64,000 nt of DNA. Origin: an uncultured Smithella sp. GTDB taxonomy: Bacteria; Desulfobacterota; Syntrophia; Syntrophales; Smithellaceae. The stretch spans positions 23,107 through 87,106 of the forward strand of contig CAYXZW010000006.1 of the NCBI GenBank assembly GCA_964469905.1, read 5' to 3'. Below the pieces are notes generated by a model. It did not search any database. It was given only the letters and a program-made list of their open reading frames with translations, and was not told where the DNA came from. Positions 36,041 to 45,672 of the stretch are shown one piece after another (within the stretch, counting starts at the first letter, position 1; each line of letters begins with the position of its first letter). The translations under genes were made by a program, and so were the position numbers.

Positions 36041-36652
36041 CTACATTATAACATAATTGGTAAAATATACGCTTTTAACGATACCATCACCTAATATTTT
36101 GTTTAATTCCTGCATCATTTCTTGCTTCAAACGTTTGCGCTCTTCGATTGATCTTAAAACCACGGCATTTTTCGCTGTTGTCGTTGAATAAATAATATTC
36201 CTGATATCACTTCTGTTTTCCAATTCCGCAATTTTCACTGAATCACTGACATCAAAGACAACATCGCACATCAGAATTTTGCTTTTACCTGTTCTATCTT
36301 TCAGGTCAATAATAAAATCTTTAAAATAAACATTATTTACTTTTATCGGTTCTATTGCCGCCTTGGCGACGATTACCTCATCTTGGACAGACTTCTTCTC
36401 GACTGCCGCAACCGGTGGGCTTGATTTAATCTTGGCCACTTTTGGATCCGTTCGCGTAAGATAAAACCACAATACACCGGTAATTACCAGAACAACGATT
36501 AATGCCGGCGCTGCGATCAGAAAAAGTTTGTTAAATGCCCATTTTTCTTTTACAACTACCGGCAACGACAGCTCTTCCGACTGTATCTTTATGTCCGTTA
36601 TCTCTATGTCCGGCAGATTTTCCAGAACATCTAATTTTGCTTTTTCTACCAT
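36041..36652 (-). CDS. FliL-family basal-body protein (second paralog)
   Basis: Single TM helix and a FliL-like C-terminus (FIIDLKD...ILMCDVVFDV...IRNIIYS...LKQEMMQELNKILGDGIVKSVYFTNYVIM). Confidence 0.7.
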   Translation of the reverse strand: MVEKAKLDVLENLPDIEITDIKIQSEELSLPVVVKEKWAFNKLFLIAAPALIVVLVITGVLWFYLTRTDPKVAKIKSSPPVAAVEKKSVQDEVIVAKAAIEPIKVNNVYFKDFIIDLKDRTGKSKILMCDVVFDVSDSVKIAELENRSDIRNIIYSTTTAKNAVVLRSIEERKRLKQEMMQELNKILGDGIVKSVYFTNYVIM

Positions 36653-36658
36653 AATTGA

Positions 36659-37381
36659 TTACCTAGAAAATTTAACCATGCTTCTTAATCGTAAAACAGC
36701 TTGCGCATGAAGTTGACAAACACGTGATTCGGTTAAATCCATAACGCGGCCGGCTTCTTTCATTGTTAATTCTTCGTAATAATAAAGTGAAAGAACAAGT
36801 CTTTCTTTTTCCGGCAGTTCATCGATAGCATTTTTCAGTTTCTCTTTTATCTCCATGTTTACGAGTAAGTTCAGTGGACTTCCCGCCCTGATCTCTTCCA
36901 TTATATCTTCGCGACTATTGCGCTCCAGATAATCTGGGGGCAAATCTTCGGTTGATATCAGCGGAATGCACTTGGCCTCATCGAGCAACTTGAAATACTC
37001 TTCCAGCGAAATATCCAGCTGCCGGGCAATTTCGTCCTCATTCGGTGCTCGTCCCAGCTGTTTTTTCAGTGCTCCGATTGCACCCTCGAGTTTGCTGTCT
37101 TTGCTGCGAGTCGCCCGGGAAACCCAATCTTTCGCCCTCAATTCATCAAGAACAGCACCTCTAATCCGAAAACTGGCATATGTTTCAAACTGGACGTTTC
37201 TGCTTTTATCAAATTTATCTAATGCCGACATTAAACCCATTATGCCGACATTGATTAAGTCTTCTTTATCGGACAAATCAATAGGCAGTTTCGCTGCCAG
37301 CCGCCCGACAATATTTTTTACAAGCGGCGCATATTGCATTATCAGTTCTTCGCGTTTTTTTTTATCCACAATTCCGATCAA
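36659..37381 (-). CDS. fliA: flagellar sigma factor FliA (sigma-28)
   Basis: Sigma-70 regions 2 to 4: LINVGIMGLMSALDKFD, FETYASFRIRGAVLDELR, LSLYYYEELTMKEAGRVMDLTESRVCQLH. Confidence 0.95.
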   Translation of the reverse strand: MIGIVDKKKREELIMQYAPLVKNIVGRLAAKLPIDLSDKEDLINVGIMGLMSALDKFDKSRNVQFETYASFRIRGAVLDELRAKDWVSRATRSKDSKLEGAIGALKKQLGRAPNEDEIARQLDISLEEYFKLLDEAKCIPLISTEDLPPDYLERNSREDIMEEIRAGSPLNLLVNMEIKEKLKNAIDELPEKERLVLSLYYYEELTMKEAGRVMDLTESRVCQLHAQAVLRLRSMVKFSR

Positions 37382-38273
37382 TGATATTTTCCCAGAATAA
37401 TTTTACGCTGCCCTCTTCATCATCCTGCACCATCTCGCTGCAAATCTTTTCAGCAATTACTGACAGGCATTTTGTTGCAGCAGAATCCGGATAAATTTCA
37501 GCGACAGCTTTTTGTTGTATAACCGCCTGTTTTATTTTTTCATCTAACAACACATGGCCCAAATACTCAATAGTTAAATTTAAAAATTGATCGGTAGCAT
37601 GGCTCAACCGGTCATATACCTCTTTCGCCTCGGAGGGTTTACGGACCATGTTGACAATCAAACGAAAACGTTTTTTAGCGTGGCGCTGATAAAGAACTTT
37701 AATTAATGCATAGGCATCGGTTAAAGCAGTCGGTTCAGGAGTTGTAACTACAATTATTTCCTTTGCCGCCATGTTAAAATACATAACATTGGAAGAAATA
37801 CCGGCGCCGGTGTCAATTAATATATAATCAAGAGAATCATTGAGAGAATTTAATTCATCAATCAGGGTGAGTTTCTGGCCACGGGAAAGATCCGTCATTT
37901 CCGGCATTCCCGATGCTGAAGCAAGGATCTTAATTCCCCCGGGTCCTTCTACCAGAGTTTCCGCCAGAAGCTTTTCACCATTTAATACATGGGACAGATT
38001 ATAGGGAGAATTAATACCAAGAATAACGTCAATATTGGCAAGACCTGCGTCAGCATCCAGTATCATTGTTCTTTTATTCATCCGGGAAAGCAGATAAGCG
38101 AGATTAGCCGCAATGTTGGTTTTACCCACACCACCTTTCCCACTGGTAACGGAGATCATTCTTACATCATGCCGGGGAGAACTTTTCTTCATACCCTGAT
38201 TGCCAGCTCCGGTAATGGATGTTTTATCCTGCTTGCTTAATGTTCTAAGAGTTTCTGCCTGATCCGTTGTCAT
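37362..38273 (-). CDS. flhG: MinD/ParA-type ATPase FlhG (FleN/YlxH)
   Basis: Deviant Walker A SGKGGVGKT, ILDADAGLANID. Position after flhF. Confidence 0.9.
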   Translation of the reverse strand: MTTDQAETLRTLSKQDKTSITGAGNQGMKKSSPRHDVRMISVTSGKGGVGKTNIAANLAYLLSRMNKRTMILDADAGLANIDVILGINSPYNLSHVLNGEKLLAETLVEGPGGIKILASASGMPEMTDLSRGQKLTLIDELNSLNDSLDYILIDTGAGISSNVMYFNMAAKEIIVVTTPEPTALTDAYALIKVLYQRHAKKRFRLIVNMVRKPSEAKEVYDRLSHATDQFLNLTIEYLGHVLLDEKIKQAVIQQKAVAEIYPDSAATKCLSVIAEKICSEMVQDDEEGSVKLFWENIIDRNCG

Positions 38274-38318
38274 ATCACTCCTTAAATACTTACGTTTTGC
38301 TGCTTTTTGTTCCGCTAT

Positions 38319-39479
38319 TTAATGAACAACTCTTTTCATCATTAAATTTGCTATTTTTTGCGGTGTAACTTCTTCTATATCCTGGGGAACGTTTTGTCCA
38401 CAGGTTAAGAAACTTACCGGTTTCCCCGCCTTACTGATTACATCATAAAGAATGCCGAAACGCCTTGATTCGTCGATTTTGGTTATAATCAAATTGTCAT
38501 AGTTGAAAGGAGAATATTTAGTGACCATATCAAGCATGTTATCTTCACTGGCCGTGGTGCTGACCAGCAGATTGGTTTCAATATTCCTGTTTTGCAGCAT
38601 AGCATCCATAATACCTAAATAACCGTCGTCAATGCAGCTCCGGCCGGGGGTGTCGATCAATATAATATCTTTATCTGATAATAATTGCAGTGATTTTTGA
38701 AATGAGTCTTTTGTTGAAGCCACTTCCATCCTGATCCCCATGATTTTGGCATAGGTTTTTAATTGTTCAATGGCGGCAATGCGAAAGGTATCAATGGTAA
38801 TCATACCAACACTCATTTTTTTCATTAATGAATAACGGGCAGCAAGTTTGGCCAGAGTGGTTGTCTTTCCTACACCGGTTGCACCGACATAAGCTTTAAT
38901 TCGTTTATCTTCTTTTGATTTATTTCTCACCGGCAGTGATTTAATCACATGTTTCTCGACAATCTGCAGGGCCATTTCTTCAGTTATTTTATCCTGGGAT
39001 GATATTTGCGGACCAATTTCTTCCAGAATACTGCAGGCACTGACGCGCGAAAAACCGCAGGCCAGCAAAGAATAATAAACCTTAGAATTTATATCGGGAT
39101 TGAATTTCCTTTTGCGCGCACCCAGAATATCGAAGAACTTATCCATTGTTTCCTTCAATTCTTCAAGTTCCGAGCTCAACGACTTCTCCTTCTGAACGGA
39201 ACGGATGATTTCTTTGAGTTCACCGATCTCTTCGCGGATGAATTTAAAAACATCTTCCCTGTTTTCTAACAATCGGCTGGATTCCGGCGGCATTAAATTT
39301 GGCGGTGCTTTCTGGGGCATCTGAACATTTTCATCCCGCGCCGCCATTACTTCTATTGCGGAATTGCTCGTATTGTTTATTTTCTTGGCCGAAAGAATAA
39401 TTGCATCCGGCCCCAAATCTTCCTTTATTTTAGTCAGAGCCTCACTGATGCTGGATACTTCGTAGCGTTTAATCTGCAT
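38319..39479 (-). CDS. flhF: SRP-type GTPase FlhF
   Basis: GATGVGKTTTLAKLAA, IDTPGRS, TKIDE. Confidence 0.9.
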   Translation of the reverse strand: MQIKRYEVSSISEALTKIKEDLGPDAIILSAKKINNTSNSAIEVMAARDENVQMPQKAPPNLMPPESSRLLENREDVFKFIREEIGELKEIIRSVQKEKSLSSELEELKETMDKFFDILGARKRKFNPDINSKVYYSLLACGFSRVSACSILEEIGPQISSQDKITEEMALQIVEKHVIKSLPVRNKSKEDKRIKAYVGATGVGKTTTLAKLAARYSLMKKMSVGMITIDTFRIAAIEQLKTYAKIMGIRMEVASTKDSFQKSLQLLSDKDIILIDTPGRSCIDDGYLGIMDAMLQNRNIETNLLVSTTASEDNMLDMVTKYSPFNYDNLIITKIDESRRFGILYDVISKAGKPVSFLTCGQNVPQDIEEVTPQKIANLMMKRVVH

Positions 39480-39480
39480 A

Positions 39481-41562
39481 TTATATTTCTACCATCCCCA
39501 GAGATTTTACATTAGCTTCCCGTACAATTTCATTGTGAGACAACACGACTATACTGGGATAAAATTTTTCCAATATCTTACGAAAATGAATTCTCGTATT
39601 CGGTGAGCAGAGAATTATCGGTTGTAAGCCACTGGTAGTAAACGTATTTACCAGACGCTGTAAACTGGTAACCAGTTTCTTCACAATATTAGGATCCGGC
39701 AGCACAAATGATTCATAATCTGTATGCTGAATGGAATGACTAATCTTATCTTCAATCTCCGGTGACATCAGCATCACTGTGATTGTTCCATCTTTATCCT
39801 GATATTGTTTGGTTATGGAACGTCCCAAATTCTGCCGGACATATCCCGTTAGAATATCGGCATTTTTTGTAATTGATGCATATTCCCCGATTGTTTCCAC
39901 AATAGTCATTAAATCACGTATTGAAATGCGCTCGCGCAGCAATCGCTGCAGGACTCTGTGTACCACTGTCACCGGAATAATTTTGGGAACAATCTCTTTT
40001 ACCATTTTGGGGAACTGTTCCTCGAGATTATCCAATAGCGACTGTACTTCATTACGTCCCAGAATCTCATCGGCGTAAGTTCTAATCAACTCTGTAAGAT
40101 GAGTCGTCATAACCATGGCCGCATCAACAACAACATAGCCTTTAGCTTGAGCAGCATCCCTATCTCTCTCGGGAATCCACATGGCCGGAAGCCCAAAAGC
40201 GGGCTCTTTGGCCGGAATACCCTTAATCTTCATATCCCGCTCATCAGCTGAAATAACCAGATGGTGGCCCATCATTACATTGCCACGCGCAACTTCTATC
40301 CCTTTGAGCAGTACATTGTATTCATCAGGCTTGAGTTTTAAATTATCACGAATGTGAATTGCCGGAACAATAAAACCCATTTCCTGCGCCAGTTGCTGGC
40401 GTAATGCTTTAATACGATGCAGCAGTTCACCACCCTGAGCAGAATCAACCAACGGAATCAACCCATAGCCCACTTCGAGCCCCAAAGCATCAAGCGGCGC
40501 AATGGTATCCACTGTTTCGACCGGCGCAGGCGCTGCTTCCTGTTCAATTTTTTCTTGCTTCCTGGCCTTATTAAGGCTGTTAATAATACGGAAAGCAAAA
40601 AATGCGACAATTGCCGATACAATGAAAAAAGATGCTTTGGGCATACCCGGAATCATGGCAAAAACAAAAAGCATTATCGCGGCAGTGGCAATTACCCGCG
40701 GCTGCATAAATAATTGGTCTTTGACTTCTTCGCCCAGATCGGCCGACGCCGCACTCCTTGTTACCAATATACCGGCTGCGGTAGAAACAATCAACGCCGG
40801 CACTTGCGTCACTAAACCGTCACCAACAGTCAAAAGAGTATAATTTCTGGCGGCATCGGCAACTGCCATTCCCTTTTGGAGCACACCAATAATCAATCCA
40901 CCGATAATATTGACAAAAACAATAATAATGCCCGCAACTGCATCACCCCGCACAAACTTACTGGCACCGTCCATTGATCCGTAAAAATTTGCTTCCTGCT
41001 CAATTTCTGCGCGGCGGCGGCGTGCCTCATGATCTGTTATCAAGCCGGCATTCAAATCAGCATCAATGCTCATTTGCTTTCCGGGCATGGCATCGAGGGT
41101 GAATCGCGCCGCCACTTCAGCAACACGTGTTGCCCCCTTCGTAATAACAACAAAATTAATCAGAACCAGAACCATGAAAACGACCAGTCCGACGACATAA
41201 TTACCACCCACAACAAATGTGCCAAACGACTTAATCACCTGTCCGGCGGCGGCAGTCCCTTCATTGCCGTGTAATAAAATCAACCGAGTGGATGCAACAT
41301 TGAGCGATAAACGCAGTAGAGTAACCATTAATAAAACCGAGGGAAATACTGAAAATTGCAGCGGCTTTAATATGTACATGGACATCAGCAAAATAATGAT
41401 CGAAAAAGTAATGCTGAAAGAAAGAAATATATCCAATAAAAACGTAGGAATGGGAATAATCATGACCATCAGGATGGCAATAACGGCCATTGCCATCATC
41501 GACGAGCTTGATTTCATTGCTCCCAGAAAGGCGCCGCTCTTAACTGTATCAGAGTTATCCAT
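39481..41562 (-). CDS. flhA: export gate protein FlhA
   Basis: Full-length FHIPEP family pattern: VFPSVLL..TLLRL.LNVASTRLIL, FVRGDAVAGI. Confidence 0.97.
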   Translation of the reverse strand: MDNSDTVKSGAFLGAMKSSSSMMAMAVIAILMVMIIPIPTFLLDIFLSFSITFSIIILLMSMYILKPLQFSVFPSVLLMVTLLRLSLNVASTRLILLHGNEGTAAAGQVIKSFGTFVVGGNYVVGLVVFMVLVLINFVVITKGATRVAEVAARFTLDAMPGKQMSIDADLNAGLITDHEARRRRAEIEQEANFYGSMDGASKFVRGDAVAGIIIVFVNIIGGLIIGVLQKGMAVADAARNYTLLTVGDGLVTQVPALIVSTAAGILVTRSAASADLGEEVKDQLFMQPRVIATAAIMLFVFAMIPGMPKASFFIVSAIVAFFAFRIINSLNKARKQEKIEQEAAPAPVETVDTIAPLDALGLEVGYGLIPLVDSAQGGELLHRIKALRQQLAQEMGFIVPAIHIRDNLKLKPDEYNVLLKGIEVARGNVMMGHHLVISADERDMKIKGIPAKEPAFGLPAMWIPERDRDAAQAKGYVVVDAAMVMTTHLTELIRTYADEILGRNEVQSLLDNLEEQFPKMVKEIVPKIIPVTVVHRVLQRLLRERISIRDLMTIVETIGEYASITKNADILTGYVRQNLGRSITKQYQDKDGTITVMLMSPEIEDKISHSIQHTDYESFVLPDPNIVKKLVTSLQRLVNTFTTSGLQPIILCSPNTRIHFRKILEKFYPSIVVLSHNEIVREANVKSLGMVEI

Positions 41563-41568
41563 ATTGCT

Positions 41569-42645
41569 TTATCCAAATATCTTAATTTTTTTCTGGTCGT
41601 AAACAAATGCCAGAACTTCCGCCACGGCGCGGTAAAGATCTTCCGGTATCGTCTGATCTACATCAACCATCTTATACAATACCTGTGCCAGAGGCTTGTC
41701 TTCAACTATCGGAATATCATTTTCCCGCGCAATCTCCCTGATTTTTTCAGCAATGATGTTTGCCCCTTTAGCCACTACTTTTGGCGCCATCATATTTTCG
41801 GGATCGTATTGAACAGCCACCGCTAAATGGGTCGGATTGGTGATAATGACATCAGCCTTCGGAACAGCGGCCATCATCCGTTTCTGGGCGGCTTCGCGCT
41901 GCAAACGGCGGATGCGGGACTTAATCAGCGGATCTCCTTCCGTATTCTTGTATTCATCTTTAATTTCCTGTTTGGTCATCCGCAGGCTTTTTTCGTATTC
42001 CCAACGCTGATAGATATAATCCAGGATAGCCAGAATAACGAATATTATCGTGGTAGCCAGGATAATTTTAAAGCAGATACGTCCAAAATAGGTCATCATC
42101 CCCCAAACACTTTGATCCATGAGGGGAATCATATTATCCAATTCACCTTTAATAGTTATATATACCACTAAACTGATGATGCAGATTTTACAGATATTTT
42201 TAATCAGATCCACAATCGCCCGAAGGGAAAATAGCCTTTCAAAACCTTTAACAGGATCAATCTTGGAAAATGTTGGGGTAACAGACTCCGTCGAAAACAT
42301 AACACCAACTTGCAGCATATTCCCCAATACCGCCGCAACAACGACTGTCAGCATAATGGGAAAGAGTATAATAAATCCCTTGAAAACATAATCAGCAAAT
42401 AAATAATTCAGGCTATCCGGGGTGAGATTATATTGGCCGGCAGTTCTAAATCCGAAAGTCATTAATTCCATGATGTTTTTCAATAATCCGGATGCACCAA
42501 AGTAAAAATAGATAAGACAGGCCACGAGAATTCCCACGGACACAATTTCTGTAGATCGCGCAACCTGTCCTTTTCCACGGGCATCTTCACGGCGTCGCGA
42601 TGTTGCTTCTTCGGTTCGTTCCTGATCCTGATCGTTTTCCGCCAT
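41569..42645 (-). CDS. flhB: export switch protein FlhB
   Basis: N-terminus E.TE.AT.RR...ARGKGQVARS, four TM segments, NPTH autocleavage site (ITNPTHLAVAVQYD). Confidence 0.97.
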   Translation of the reverse strand: MAENDQDQERTEEATSRRREDARGKGQVARSTEIVSVGILVACLIYFYFGASGLLKNIMELMTFGFRTAGQYNLTPDSLNYLFADYVFKGFIILFPIMLTVVVAAVLGNMLQVGVMFSTESVTPTFSKIDPVKGFERLFSLRAIVDLIKNICKICIISLVVYITIKGELDNMIPLMDQSVWGMMTYFGRICFKIILATTIIFVILAILDYIYQRWEYEKSLRMTKQEIKDEYKNTEGDPLIKSRIRRLQREAAQKRMMAAVPKADVIITNPTHLAVAVQYDPENMMAPKVVAKGANIIAEKIREIARENDIPIVEDKPLAQVLYKMVDVDQTIPEDLYRAVAEVLAFVYDQKKIKIFG

Positions 42646-42664
42646 ATATTACCTGTCTATTCAA

Positions 42665-42770
42665 AGGCCGTTATGAAATTAACCCTTATATTTCTAACCA
42701 TTTCATTACGGCTCCTTATACCGCCCTCAGCATTTATTTGACGAGCTTATTCCTGCACGACGGCTTAGTG
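42665..42770 (-). repeat. intercistronic structured element, copy 1 (fliR-flhB spacer)
   Basis: Stem CCGTTATGAAAT / ATTTCATTACGG pairs 11 of 12 positions. Flanked by CCTTATACCG and ACGACGGCTTAGTG. Paralog of 43955-44040. Confidence 0.6.
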
Positions 42771-42795
42771 ACGTAAGCGTCAATATTTTGCTACT

Positions 42796-43575
42796 TCACA
42801 TTAAGCGTAAAAGTGTTACGAATTTAGCCTCGAAATCAAGGAAATATCTCTGGGTCAATTTGACAAACATTGGTGCTGTTAATCCCAGAAAAATAAGCCC
42901 GATTGCTATTTGCAAAGGCATGCCGACAATAAAGATGTTTATTTGCGGCACAGTCCGGGCGATAACTCCCAGGCCGACGTTGGTAAAGAGCATTACCGCC
43001 ATAATAGGAGCCGCCAGTTTAACAGCGATAACAAACATCTCCTGTGAAAAACTGAATATAGTCTGCATCAATGACCCGGAAAAATGAAACGTCAGAGGAT
43101 TTAAAAGCGAATAACTCTGGACGATCGCCGAAAAGAAAACATGATGAGCATCAACTGCTAAAAAAATCAGCAAGGCCACAAGATACTGCAGTTCAGTAAT
43201 GATGGATACTTGTGTACTAGTCGTAGGATCAATAACATTGGCAATGGACAATCCCATCTGAAAACCAACCATATCACCGGCCATCTGGATACCGGCAAGG
43301 ATGAGTCTGGCTGCATAACCTATAATCAGGCCGATCATGACTTCACCGGCCATACGGTACATTAAAATCAGAACCGGATAATTGGACGCCGGCGGAATTT
43401 TCGGCAGGACAAGAGGAAATATGATTAATGTTATTAGTATGCACAAAGCGGCTTTAAATCGTGCCGGGACTGCTTTATCGCTGATTACCGGAATAGTAAC
43501 AACCATAGCACTGACTCTTAATAAAATCAGGATAAAAGCCTCCAAGTGCTCGGCGGATAAGAAAGGTAAACTCAT
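42796..43575 (-). CDS. fliR: export gate protein FliR
   Basis: Start set at MSLPFLSAEHLEAFILILLRVSAM (ATG 43575). The ORF-track start at 43959 would overlap the whole of fliQ in another frame. Confidence 0.9.
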   Translation of the reverse strand: MSLPFLSAEHLEAFILILLRVSAMVVTIPVISDKAVPARFKAALCILITLIIFPLVLPKIPPASNYPVLILMYRMAGEVMIGLIIGYAARLILAGIQMAGDMVGFQMGLSIANVIDPTTSTQVSIITELQYLVALLIFLAVDAHHVFFSAIVQSYSLLNPLTFHFSGSLMQTIFSFSQEMFVIAVKLAAPIMAVMLFTNVGLGVIARTVPQINIFIVGMPLQIAIGLIFLGLTAPMFVKLTQRYFLDFEAKFVTLLRLM

Positions 43576-43661
43576 TTTTCGCGGGTGCCTCGTCCCATAT
43601 TTCCATGCAGTACTTTTCCATAAACATATTGTTCGATGGCCTCGTAAAACGCCATCGATGC

Positions 43662-43931
43662 TTACTTTATATAAGTTGGTATATTGGCAAATATATTCTG
43701 GGTAAAGGTGATCATCAAACTCATCATCCAGGGCAAAGCAGCCACCAGGGCCACCAGAACCGACACAATCTTCGGCACAAATACCAACGTCATTTCCTGA
43801 ATTTGAGTAACTGCCTGAAACAAACTGATCAATACACCGACAATCAAACCTACTATTAACATCGGTGCAGACACCAGGAGAGTGACCTTGATGCTTTCCG
43901 CCATTAATCCTACAACCATATCTGGAGTCAT
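43662..43931 (-). CDS. fliQ: export gate protein FliQ
   Basis: 89 aa. LLVSAPMLIVGLIVGVLISLFQAVTQIQEMTL. Confidence 0.95.
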   Translation of the reverse strand: MTPDMVVGLMAESIKVTLLVSAPMLIVGLIVGVLISLFQAVTQIQEMTLVFVPKIVSVLVALVAALPWMMSLMITFTQNIFANIPTYIK

Positions 43932-43954
43932 TTTGTTCCCTTTCTTTCAGGTTA

Positions 43955-44040
43955 GGCAACGTAACGAAATAATCTGTTTTTTCTATTTCGTTACGGTGCC
44001 TTATGCCGTTTGCTATATTTTTTTCAACAACGGCCTAGTG
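43955..44040 (-). repeat. intercistronic structured element, copy 2 (fliP-fliQ spacer)
   Basis: Stem GGCAACGTAACGAAAT / ATTTCGTTACGGTGCC pairs 15 of 16 positions. Flanked by CCTTATGCCG and ACAACGGCCTAGTG. The last motif overlaps the fliP stop codon. Confidence 0.6.
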
Positions 44041-44808
44041 GAAACTCTGTACTAATGAGCCAACGATTAAATACCAGCCATCCACAAGCACAAATAACAG
44101 TAACTTAAAAGGTAAGCTGACCATGATCGGTGGAAGCATCATCATACCCATAGACAGTAAAACTGAAGCCACAACCATATCCAAAACCAGAAAAGGCAGA
44201 TAAATCATAAAACCGATTTGGAAGGCCGTTTTCAATTCGCTAATTGCAAATGCCGGAATCAGTGTCGTCAGAGAAACATCTTCCGGTTTTCCCGGTCTTT
44301 TTTCGTTGGCAATTTTTACAAAAAGAGCCAGATCTTTTTCTCTAACCTGCTTGAGCATAAAGGTTTTTACCGGAGCTGTGGCTTTCTCGAAAGCGATCTG
44401 ACCGGAAATCTGTTCTGCATAATATGGTTTTAGAGCTTCATCGTTGACACGATTAAAAACCGGCGCCATAATAAAAAACGTCAGAAATAATGACAATCCC
44501 ACGATGATTTGATTCGGAGGCATTGTTTGTGTCCCCAAAGCATGCCGCAAAAGGGATAAAACGATTATAATCCGCGTAAAAGAAGTGACCATCAGAAGAA
44601 TAGCCGGGGCCAGAGAGAGAATAGTCAATAAAATAACAATTTGAATCAGAGTAGAGACTTTTTCCGGTTCCGTTGACCCGCCGGACATACTCAAATTAAT
44701 ATTGGGCAAAGATAAAGACTGGGCGGCGTAAACACTCGATGAAGTTATTATCGCCACGGCTATAAAGAATAGGGAAAATAAAATTATTAGTACTTTATCT
44801 TTTTTCAT
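44035..44808 (-). CDS. fliP: export gate protein FliP
   Basis: Signal-like N-terminus. SFTRIIIVLSLLRHALGTQ..PPNQ. Confidence 0.97.
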   Translation of the reverse strand: MKKDKVLIILFSLFFIAVAIITSSSVYAAQSLSLPNINLSMSGGSTEPEKVSTLIQIVILLTILSLAPAILLMVTSFTRIIIVLSLLRHALGTQTMPPNQIIVGLSLFLTFFIMAPVFNRVNDEALKPYYAEQISGQIAFEKATAPVKTFMLKQVREKDLALFVKIANEKRPGKPEDVSLTTLIPAFAISELKTAFQIGFMIYLPFLVLDMVVASVLLSMGMMMLPPIMVSLPFKLLLFVLVDGWYLIVGSLVQSFH

Positions 44809-45203
44809 TTTTCAGTCTTATCCTTTTTTTTATTCGACGAAAGACTGAGCTGTGACATGTATTTTGCCAATTTACTTCCCGGAAAATCTACTATTCTGGA
44901 GGTAGCCTTGACTGTTTTTATTTTTGCAATAGCAAGAGGATCTTCAATACAGGACAGAGTTGTCATTTGTTGATCGGAAATTCCTACAACAAGCAACTGG
45001 TCCAATACTTCAACTAAAACAATTCTGTTTTTCGGGCCCAGATATTTGGTAGAAATTATATTTATCGGGGAGGAACCATCCGACACAGCAACCTTCTGCT
45101 GCATAAACATTTTGACAAAATACATTACGCCAATAAGTAAACCCAGCACAATAGCCAGGGCAAATATCATTTTCAAGAATGAAGAAATAAGAGAAATTTC
45201 CAT
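44805..45203 (-). CDS. fliO: FliO/FliZ
   Basis: Single TM helix protein between fliN and fliP. 4-nt overlap with fliP. Confidence 0.75.
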   Translation of the reverse strand: MEISLISSFLKMIFALAIVLGLLIGVMYFVKMFMQQKVAVSDGSSPINIISTKYLGPKNRIVLVEVLDQLLVVGISDQQMTTLSCIEDPLAIAKIKTVKATSRIVDFPGSKLAKYMSQLSLSSNKKKDKTEK

Positions 45204-45215
45204 CGTTATCCCTGC

Positions 45216-45671
45216 TTACGCTAATTTATTGACTCTCTCCGCCGGCGAAACTATGTCCGTCAAACGAACACCGAATTTCTCATTGACAACAACGACTTCA
45301 CCACGGGCTATTAACCTTTGATTAACATATATATCCAGGGGCTCACCGGCCAGCTTGGTCAGTTCCAGTACTGAACCCTGTCCCAGTTGCAGCAATTCAC
45401 TGATCAGCATTTTGCTTCTGCCTAACTCACAAGTTAAGGTAAGTGGTATATCTAAAATGAAATCCAGGTCAAAAGTCGTTTTATTGTCCGGCTTCTTCTT
45501 CTTGAGCTCATCGAAATGAACATTAGTAACTTCTGTCCTTGTTGGTGGTGGTGATTTGGACTGTTCCATTTCATCCTTCACATCATCCCAACTTATTTTG
45601 TCCTCTTCCGGTGCCGCCGCCGGAGATGCCCCTGTACCTTTCATCAATTCATCAATTTCATTTTGTTCCAT
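45216..45671 (-). CDS. fliN: C-ring protein FliN
   Basis: SpoA domain: ILDIPLTLTCELGRSKMLISELLQLGQGSVLELTKLAGEPLDIYVN. Confidence 0.95.
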   Translation of the reverse strand: MEQNEIDELMKGTGASPAAAPEEDKISWDDVKDEMEQSKSPPPTRTEVTNVHFDELKKKKPDNKTTFDLDFILDIPLTLTCELGRSKMLISELLQLGQGSVLELTKLAGEPLDIYVNQRLIARGEVVVVNEKFGVRLTDIVSPAERVNKLA

Positions 45672-45672
45672 A

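Noticed and set aside
42796-43959. 387-aa ORF in the track that extends fliR about 128 codons upstream
   Set aside because: The extension overlaps all of fliQ in another frame and its Cys/Gly-rich sequence does not look like a protein. A canonical FliR N-terminus begins at ATG 43575, so only 42796-43575 is called.
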